In this document: piece after piece, positions 9,315 through 17,298 of the stretch
Layout of the letters: the number at the start of each line of letters is the position of its first letter
Numbering within the stretch: the stretch's first letter is position 1
NCBI GenBank assembly: GCA_002794465.1
Contig: MTSL01000125.1
Coordinates: 1 to 21,437, forward strand
Source: Paramicrosporidium saccamoebae KSL3
Taxonomy: Eukaryota > Fungi > Cryptomycota
DNA length: 21,437 nt
Direction of reading: 5' to 3'
Program-made: the position numbers and the translations under genes
Notes under the pieces: generated by a model
Databases searched by the model: none
What the model was told of the DNA's origin: nothing
The model's input: only the letters and a program-made list of their open reading frames with translations

Positions 9315-10626
9315 TTACAGATTGACAATGGTTCCACAACTTTTAACAATCCTAACATCTTGAAGCTGCTCATAAATAACTGCTGCTTGGCCTGCCGCAG
9401 GTGCCACTAGGGGCTCGACCGTTTCAATTTCAAAAGAGTTTACGGATATTGGATGAATTGCTTTGATGAGAGTTCCTAGTTTGTCGGCCGATCGGATAGA
9501 ACAATACAGATTGTTAGAGGTCGGTTCGGGCAGATTAGGAGTCGCACATTCTACAACAATCCGTGTTGGCCGGAGAAAGGGATGGCTTCTACACCAGTTA
9601 GTTGCCACGACAGAGGTACTTGTTGCACGAGACGTAGATGGTGGATCCCTTTCTGGAAACTGCGTACATTTTGGAGGGCATCCCACCAATCTTTAAGCTC
9701 TGTCCAATAGTGTACAATTCCACTCCATCGTGCATTCCCAAGACACGGTCCGTCTCCAACTCGATCACAGCTCCAGGCTGTGGCACCATGAATTCCTTGA
9801 GAAAGCTTGCAAATCGTGGCCTTTTACCCACAAAACACACGCCCATGCTCTCGGGTTTCTCAAGTAAAAAGCCTAAATTTACGCTTTGAGCAATCTCTCG
9901 AATCTGTGACTTTGTATATCCTCCAACTGGGAAAAGCACGCTGGACAGACATGTAACATTAATGTTGGCTAAAAAGTAGCTCTGGTCCTTTGTTAGATCC
10001 GCGGCTTGGGCCAAGTATTTTTGTCCATTGTGTTCATGAATCCGTGCATAATGCCCCGTGGCCAGCTTCTGATAGCCATGATCCGTGGCCCATTTCATCA
10101 GCCTTCCAAACTTAATTTCCCGATTGCAAAGCAAGTCTGGATTGGGTGTCCTCCCCCTTGAATACTCGTGTATTACATTTTCAAACACATTTTGCCAATA
10201 CTCGCGCACAAAATTGACCCGTCTCAGTGGAATTTTAAGTATATTTGCCACCCGCTCTGCATCTCGATACTCTTGATCTATAGTACATTTTTGATTGTTT
10301 TTAATGCGAATGTTTCCAGCGAAAGAAGCGCCATGTATATTTCTCACACCATTCATATCACTTATACCATTCATATTGCTTAAACCATTCATATCACTTA
10401 TACCATTCATATCACTTACACCATTCATATCACTTACACCATTCATATCACTTACACCATTCATATTGCTTAAACCAGTCGTATAACTCACACCATCCCC
10501 GTCGCTCTCAATACCCGCCTCCCAATTTCTCATAAAAACACCCTCCACATTCCAACCTGCACGTCTCAATAGCACGGCAGCAATGGAAGAATCAATGCCA
10601 CCGGACATGGCCAACAAGACCCGCAT
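9315..10626 (-). CDS. mnmA: tRNA-specific 2-thiouridylase MnmA / mitochondrial Slm3-TRMU type (426 aa, 2 exons)
   Basis: PP-loop AMSGGIDSS, GRTPNPDLLCNREIKFG, LATGHYAR, DLTKDQSYFL, ESMGVCFVG, YTIGQ. Intron 9589-9619 (GTACCT..CTAAC..TAG, 31 nt) joins SCNK to SHPFL and the C-terminal LVAPAAGQAAVIY domain. Confidence 0.93.
10348..10473 (-). repeat. In-frame 18-bp (6-aa) tandem repeat x7 inside mnmA
   Basis: Seven contiguous units of ACCATTCATAT(CACTTA[C/T] or TGCTTAA) on the plus strand; peptide LSNMNG VSDMNG VSDMNG VSDMNG ISDMNG LSNMNG ISDMNG. Confidence 0.95.
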
Positions 10627-10645
10627 AAATGGTTTCGTTTCTTAA

Positions 10646-11217
10646 ATGTACTCCTTTTGGCAGCGCAGCGGAACGTTGGGCAGCTTCTTTAGCAGCGGCC
10701 TCATGGTCGTGCTGCCATTGATAGCGGCACTAAACTTTTTGATATACAGAGCACCCCCCAAGGTGAGTATGGAGGTGAATAATGTGACAAACCGCCTGGG
10801 TGTTGAGGACTACTTTATGAATCGCAAAGTGATGCTGACTGACCTGGCGTTGAATGTCGATGCAGGTAAGAGGGAGATAGGTGGACTAATGCGGTAGACT
10901 TTTCCAATCTGTTCCATTGGAACACAAAGCAGCTATTCCTGTATGTAGTGTTGGAGTACGAGTCAGAGAACTATGGACGGAATCAGGTCGTGTTCTGGGA
11001 CAAGATTATCCGCCGCACGGATGGAAAACGGCTGTCCATCACGGGCCTAAAGAATAAATATCCCATGGTGGACATTGAAGATCGACTACCGGGAACGACG
11101 GCAACTGTCAAGATGTACTGGAACACGGTGCCCCAGGTAGGCTACCTGTTTGATACACAGAACGGAAGTGTGGAGGTGAAGATTCCGAATATTGGAGAAA
11201 AGTTTAGTGCTAACTAG
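10646..11217 (+). CDS. SPC3: Signal peptidase complex subunit Spc3/SPCS3 (179 aa, 2 exons)
   Basis: N-terminal signal anchor MYSFWQRSG..; intron 10866-10897 (GTAAGA..CTAAT..TAG, 32 nt) restores DFSNLFHWNTKQLFLYVVLEY..NQVVFWDKII..KNKYPMVD..WNTVPQVGYL. Confidence 0.93.
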
Positions 11218-11240
11218 ACCTCTTATAAAAACATGCATTT

Positions 11241-13370
11241 CTAACTAGGATTATGGGACTGTTCGTTATTGGTTGGATCCGAACATTCTTTAGGAGTATC
11301 TGGACGTTCCTTGGGGGTGTTTGAACCTTCTTTTGGGGTGTTTAGGCATTCTTTGAGATTGTCCGAGTGTTTCTTGGGACTATCCGAACGTTCTTTGGGA
11401 CTATCCAAGTGTCTTTTGGGACTGTCCAAATGTCTCTTGGGACTATCCGAACATTCTTTGAGATTGTCCAAGTGTCTCTTGGGACTATCCGAGCATTTCT
11501 TGGGACTGTCCTCACGAGGTCTCTTTGCTCGTGAGCTCGACCGAGAAGTCGACCTTAAGCGTCGATGTGACCTTGAGCGGGAACGTCGACGCGATCTTGA
11601 ACGAGAACGTCGAAGCGACCTTGAATCAGAGTGTCGAGGCGATCTTGGACGGGAACGTTGAGGCGATCTTGGACGGGAATGTTGAGGCGATCTCGAGCGG
11701 GATCGACCTCTGCGACGTCTGTCATTGTAAAGATCTGAGTAATCTTGAGGGCGGCGTGACCTTGGATCCGGTTGATATCTGTCAACACGCGGTCGACGAT
11801 CCGGAGATTGAGGACGTGGAGAGCGAGGTTTATGCCGATCATCAAGACGCCTCGGCGATCGAGGACGACGATCAGGAGAGTACGGCCGACGGGACACGTC
11901 CCTATGGTCCTGAGAAGATTGTCTTTCCTTTGAAGCGGGACGCTCCCGAGAATCGCGGGAATTTCGACGTTCTCTAGAATCACGAGAATTTCGACAATCC
12001 CTATCATGTTCTTCCCTATTGTCCCGATGATCACGGTCTCCCCGACTATCCCGATTATCCCGGCTGTCTCGATGGGCTATGTAGGAATCCACTCTTGGAC
12101 GGTCCGGTGGGGGTGGAGGCGGGGGACTCCAAATGACGTGGCTGGAACTATGCGCACCGTGTTCATGTGGCGTCGGATGTGGCGCCCTCGTCTGTTTCCG
12201 TCTTTGTTTGTCATATTCGTGGGAGGGTTCATAGGTCGGCAATGATTGGGGTAATGCAGGAGCTGGATGGCTGCGGAAATATGCATGGGCAAGGGCCTCT
12301 TCTGCAGTGGGTCGTTTTTGCGGGTCCAATGTCAACAATTTGTCAATTAAATCAGCAGCCAATGGATCAAATCTAAACATTAGCACTATCCATGATGCCA
12401 AACTTGCTGAAATCTTCAATGATGCGTCGTCGACACATGGGGAGACGGATTTTGGCAAAATCAGGCAGTTTGGCTGTTTCAGGCATATTGTCCTCTGTGG
12501 GAGTCCCGCAGAGACGTGCAATCAGCTCAAGTTGGTTGAGATCAGACTCACCAGGCAACAAGGGTTTCCTTGTATGCATTTCGGCTAAAATACAGCCGGC
12601 TCCCCAAAGGTCCACTGAACTGGTGTATTCAGTAGCACCAAATAACAGTTCCGGGGGCCGATACCATCGGGTGACTACACCCGGAGTATATTGTTTCCGA
12701 TTCTCCTCCAACGGTCTCGCCAAACCAAAATCAGTGACCCGCAATTCTCCTCGGTTATTCAACAAAATATTAGAGCCCTTAATGTCGCGATGCAATATGG
12801 TGCATTTGTGCATGTATTTAATACCCTCAAGGAGCTGTTTCATGTAGCATTTGATTTGTGGGATGCTAAACTTTGCATTCTCAGAATCCAGCAAGCCGGT
12901 GAGGTCATGGTCCATGTAGGGAAAGACCATGTAGATGCCCGTTGCATCCGAGGACATGTCGAGAATCTCTACCACGTTTGGGTGTTTCAATGCCTTGAGA
13001 AGCTTGATTTCCCGGAGAGCCGTGATTGGAAAGCCCTCTTGCTCAGACCGGAACAGAATCTTTTTCAGCGCCACCACCTTGCCGCTCTTCTTGTGACGTG
13101 CCTTGTGGACTTCTCTATCAAACATCAATAACCGTCTATCCCGTACCCAAAGGTCCCCTCGCCCACCTTTTCGAGGACTTCAAAATCGTTGATGGGCGAA
13201 CACCCAAACCATTTCCGTCGTCCCATGGGGTTCGCCCGTCCCCCTCCGCTGGGTGTTGCCCTCATAGAGGGACTGGCAAATTTCACCTCTGATGTGTTGT
13301 TAATGGCATTGGCTTGTGTACCTGCCGTGGGAGCTTCCAGGGAATCGGATATTTCCCCCTCCTCGGCCAT
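11241..13370 (-). CDS. BUR1: Bur1/Cdk9-type CTD kinase with a long low-complexity C-terminal tail (688 aa, 3 exons)
   Basis: Exons 13147-13370, 12404-13114, 11241-12372; introns 13115-13146 (32 nt) and 12373-12403 (31 nt). [64 protein letters not shown] and LPTYEPSHEYD are Bur1/Cdk9-type motifs. Confidence 0.85.
11277..11507 (-). repeat. In-frame 21-bp (7-aa) repeat x11 at the BUR1 C-terminus
   Basis: SPKKCSD SPKRHLD NLKECSD SPKRHLD SPKRHLD SPKERSD SPKKHSD NLKECLN TPKEGSN TPKERPD TPKECSD. Confidence 0.95.
11532..11699 (-). repeat. In-frame 24-bp (8-aa) RS/RSP repeat x7 in the BUR1 tail
   Basis: RSRSPQHS RPRSPQRS RPRSPRHS DSRSLRRS RSRSRRRS RSRSHRRL RSTSRSSS. Confidence 0.85.
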
Positions 13371-13908
13371 AGCTGTTAACCGAAAATATTATCTTTAGTA
13401 TATTGGGTTAATTAAATATTATAAAGTTTGTCTCTGCATCTGGGCTGGGTTCGGGTTGCACCTGGGTCGTGTTCCGTAGTTTCACGGCAGCCTACGTACA
13501 GGGATAACGAGAGCTATTGATCGCCATTTGGGCTGATTCGAGACCGAGGCTTCATTGCGGCTTCCATTTTCGTTATCTTTAATCCTCTATATATTTGTGA
13601 CGTAGAAGACTGATTAGTATGTCTTTTGGAAATAGTTCTCTAGTTTGGAGAAGGGATAATCAGAACAATCGATGAAGGATAATGTTATTTGTGAGACTAT
13701 AAATGGGTCGTTGGATTGACTGAAGAAATTCTCTTCTCGCTCGACAGTCCATACTATTTATCCCCACTACGCGACATATTTACGCCTAGCCCTTCTGCTG
13801 CCGGTTTCTGCAGCTGTATTGGCATTAGTGGCATTATCATTGCTAATACAGATGCAAAATCCGACAGCAGAGATGTTAAACTCGGTGGTAACGGATATTT
13901 TCCAAGTA

Positions 13909-15220
13909 TCACACACAACTTTTGCACGTTTGATTCCGTGGGTCCAAATGCCAGAATGCCCTTCGAATCCCACGTTCACCATTCCATTGACTGGAGGGTC
14001 GAAACCTGCAAAAACGGCATTCTGCGTAATCTCCCATGCGGTACCAGTGCTCCAGACCGACCTTTCTGCAACTTTTGGGCGACAATTCGTGGAGATTGCT
14101 ATTTGTGGTCGAGGATCCGGATGGCTCATTGGTCGTTTCAGTGGGGTAGGCAGCATCTTTCTGGTGAGATTTCCGCAAATGGGCCTCTATCCATGCATCT
14201 TTTGGATGTGCAGCAGCGAGATCATCACACAGTCCCTGCCTCAAATTGGGGTACAAAAGTCCACAAGCATATGATGTGAGATCTTGCTTTAGTTCTTGGC
14301 TGAAAACATTGTGGGTCCAGATGTAGTAGATTACACTCATCAGTTCCTTCCCCTCCATTTCAAAGCAGTTTCTCCAAAGAATCGAACACTTGACAAACCA
14401 TTGGCGACAACGGGGGAGGTCGAAAGGGTCAGCAAACAACAACAGCCCAGCTCTTCTTCCAAATTGAGCCGCATCACAAGCTCTCAGGCCATGGAGGCAT
14501 TCGGTCTGAAAATCTTGGTATCCAAGTTGTTGACATTCGACCAATCTAGTGGCGAAAACTCGTTGCATCTCCGCTAGTGGCAACTTGGCAACGATGGTGA
14601 AATCCACGCCGTGGTAGCGCCTTATCGCTAACTACAAAAGTAAGCAGACTCATACCATAGCGAACCGCCAAGGCTTGATTGAAGGACGTGACCTGGTCCA
14701 GCGACCCCTCAAGGTGCATGGACTCTAGGAACTCGGCAAGCGGGGTCTGTTGATGTCGGCCACATTTAAGGCAGCCCCACAGCAGCACAAGTGCGACGAG
14801 TACCAATCCTCCCCCGACCCCAAATGACCAAAGGGCCCCATCCGCCGCAGCGACTGGCCCGCAAAACAGTGCAACAAGACAGGATACGAAACCGAGTATG
14901 CTCATCCATCCACCCTTATCTCTTCTTACACTTACCAAGCTGACAACAAGAGCACCCAGTCCAGCCGCGCAGGCACCGATCAAAGCGAAGACGACGGCAA
15001 GGATGTTCATGTGCGGTGTCTGCTGACTCCCGGCGGGGGCCGAGGTATCTATAGACAACAATTCGCGCACTCCCAAATAGTAGCAATTATGACGACTGCT
15101 ATTGGCTGGTTGAGGACTAGTCATGCGCATTTGGCGGGAAAACTCGATAGCTTTTGTAATGTAGAGACAGGCCCTGTTGATGAGCAAATTGATTTTATTA
15201 ATGGTGCCTCTATAGATCAT
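13909..15220 (-). CDS. Hypothetical membrane protein (about 3 hydrophobic segments then a soluble region); exon structure and both ends uncertain
   Basis: ORF 14546-15319 (first ATG 15220) has hydrophobic runs NILAVVFALIGACAAGLGALVVSLV, WMSILGFVSCLVALFCGPVAA and LWSFGVGGGLVLVALVLLWG. A 28-nt GTATGA..TTAG intron (14628-14655) would join it in frame to ORF 13909-14607, giving 427 aa. No family recognised. Confidence 0.45.
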
Positions 15221-15410
15221 CGTCCTCAGGGTTGCAGACTCGCTATCTGATCTGGGTCGGCTATTCAATAACAAGTGGAGGCTGTTTGGCAGGCCCTTCT
15301 GCCTACGTATAGAGACCACAAGAGCTGGCCTATGAACCGTCTTTTATTTGGGCAGCGAGACGTCAAAGTTCAACAATTACTCTAAGCCTAATGGCCAGCC
15401 GTCCGAACTA

Positions 15411-15418
15411 TATAAATA
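15411..15418 (+). promoter_or_regulatory. Candidate TATA box
   Basis: TATAAATA ending 66 nt upstream of the ATG at 15485. Confidence 0.35.
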
Positions 15419-15484
15419 GAGCCTATTAATTCTAATGTTTACCAGGTCGGTGCTCATTGGTCGATCCCTCAAAGTGAGCACGGC

Positions 15485-17185
15485 ATGGTAAAGGTCACCT
15501 TGGTGGCCTTAATACTGGCGTATCACTTATTAGTCGTGCAATGTGCTAAATCGGGCACAAGTACTGCAGATTTGATAACCGCACGTCAGTCGGTGCAAGA
15601 GGCAAACATTTCTGCCGCAGAGCATCTCCCAATCCAGTCATCCAGCCTCACCAACCTCACCTCAAAGTTCTTCCGCTCTGTACGTAGCCTGTTCAAAAGA
15701 CGCGATCGGCTCCGAAATAATATTTCTAGTAAAGAAGAGAAGGAGGCCTATGATCGGGTGCGACTCGATTACATTGCCTTGGCACGGGAAAAGTATCCTT
15801 CTGATAAACTTATGGATGCTATTGTGACAAGCGACCTGAAACGGCTGCGGGGTCTTTTACTCAGTGGTATCTCAGACTCGACCATGTTAATAGCGTATTT
15901 TGACGCGGCTATTATGATGTCTAATGAGGCGGCGCTCGCAATGCTCATCACCGAGCTGGATCCGTCACTGACGCATTCCAGGCACATGTTGGCAGGGCTG
16001 ATTCCGTCAGACTACACCATCATCACTAGTCTTCTAGTGACCCCGTCCATCTCTCCAGGCCACTTTAAGCGGCTCTTCATGCTGCATCCTCCTGAAGAAA
16101 TGCTCCCCTTTATCAAAAGTGTGCTGGGGGAAATGGCATTTTCCTCAGCCGAAGTCTTTATTGGGTATTTAGCTGCATGTAGTGACCTGGCTGGACATGC
16201 AAAGCTGACGCTCCGACCGATAGTGGAGCAGTATCAGACCGATTTGTGGAAGAGCAATCGGCCACCAGTCAATATTCTGCTGGCCACGCTCTTCGTATAC
16301 CTGGATAGTGCGCAATCTGGAAAGTCTGAAAAAGTTGTCCAAGAGATTCGCGAAAAGCTCTATCTCTCTGTGGGAGACAAGGTACTTTTGAGGGGCTTAA
16401 ACGCCGTGGTGGAAACGACCAGTCTGCTGACAAAAATTGCAACGGGTACCTCGAAGGAAAATGTGCGCAAAGCCGAATATTTTGTCAAACTTGTTTCCGA
16501 GTTTGATCCCGACTTGACAGTGACTCTAAAGAAGCGGCTCATTGGAATTTTGGACTTGCACAGGTTCTTGCAGCTGGCTGGAGGGCCCACAAACTACACT
16601 GTTGACATTTACAATCGCATTGAGACGGGCTTTAAAGCAGCAGCCAGGCTGGATTGCACAAAAATGCCGCTATCGACCTTGGGGTTTTTGCTGCGCACTA
16701 ATATTGTCGATCCAGAAGGACTTGAAGTCAGTGATAGCTGGTTTAGACCAAGTCCCTGGGACATTTATCAGCGTGCGCTTATAATGCTAATTCAGTTTCT
16801 ACGAGAATTATCTCTTTCACCACAGTCACCGTGCACCAAAACGCCACAGGGCAAGTACACTGTCTACAACATCCATCTGGGCCATTTACTGAACAAAAAG
16901 TTATTTAAAGACATTGAATATGGTGATGCAATGACTCTGGTGTATACCGCGTTGGCGATGGCATTGAATTTTCCCGCTAGCACATTCCGCTGCGATCAGC
17001 CCTTTGGACATCTCTCTCCTATTAAGCATCTCAATGCTCGAATGAAATGCTATTGTGAGCACAATTGGCCACTGTTTATATTTCACAAGACGCAAAGGGA
17101 GGGGGCAGACTATTGGGAGGAGCAAGTGGAGTTTAAGCCTTCAATCGTTCAAAGACTTGGACAAAATGTCTATATTCCAGCATAG
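15485..17185 (+). CDS. Hypothetical secreted protein, paralog A (566 aa)
   Basis: Intronless ATG ORF; signal-peptide-like MVKVTLVALILAYHLLVVQCA; collinear conserved blocks shared with the next gene. Confidence 0.85.
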   Translation: MVKVTLVALILAYHLLVVQCAKSGTSTADLITARQSVQEANISAAEHLPIQSSSLTNLTSKFFRSVRSLFKRRDRLRNNISSKEEKEAYDRVRLDYIALAREKYPSDKLMDAIVTSDLKRLRGLLLSGISDSTMLIAYFDAAIMMSNEAALAMLITELDPSLTHSRHMLAGLIPSDYTIITSLLVTPSISPGHFKRLFMLHPPEEMLPFIKSVLGEMAFSSAEVFIGYLAACSDLAGHAKLTLRPIVEQYQTDLWKSNRPPVNILLATLFVYLDSAQSGKSEKVVQEIREKLYLSVGDKVLLRGLNAVVETTSLLTKIATGTSKENVRKAEYFVKLVSEFDPDLTVTLKKRLIGILDLHRFLQLAGGPTNYTVDIYNRIETGFKAAARLDCTKMPLSTLGFLLRTNIVDPEGLEVSDSWFRPSPWDIYQRALIMLIQFLRELSLSPQSPCTKTPQGKYTVYNIHLGHLLNKKLFKDIEYGDAMTLVYTALAMALNFPASTFRCDQPFGHLSPIKHLNARMKCYCEHNWPLFIFHKTQREGADYWEEQVEFKPSIVQRLGQNVYIPA

Positions 17186-17298
17186 ATGATACTTAGGCTC
17201 TAACATTAAGATCCTGATCGGGATTCTCTGGTTCACTGTATACTAATAAACATTGTTTATATGTGCAAAGACTCTGATTGGTTACTCTAAATGTGATC

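Noticed and set aside
4138-10626. Functional link between the U34 tRNA-Gly(TCC) and nearby mnmA
   Set aside because: MnmA/Slm3 thiolates tRNA-Lys, -Glu and -Gln (mitochondrial in eukaryotes), not cytosolic tRNA-Gly; the genes are also 5 kb apart.
11269-12245. Long antisense and alternate-frame ORFs over the BUR1 tail, and similar ones over LAA1, paralog B and RPB5
   Set aside because: They are shadows of low-complexity repeats or codon bias, mostly have non-ATG starts and carry no recognisable motifs.
13497-13510. ACAGGGATAAC match to a conserved LSU rRNA / I-SceI-site motif
   Set aside because: Only 11 nt match and the flanks do not follow rRNA sequence.
15790-15900. Ankyrin-like look of LMDAIVTSDLKRLRGLL / IVKAIALGSDKELLDEL in the secreted pair
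   Set aside because: No TPLH-type motif or 33-aa periodicity is visible; a generic helical repeat cannot be excluded without an HMM or structure search.
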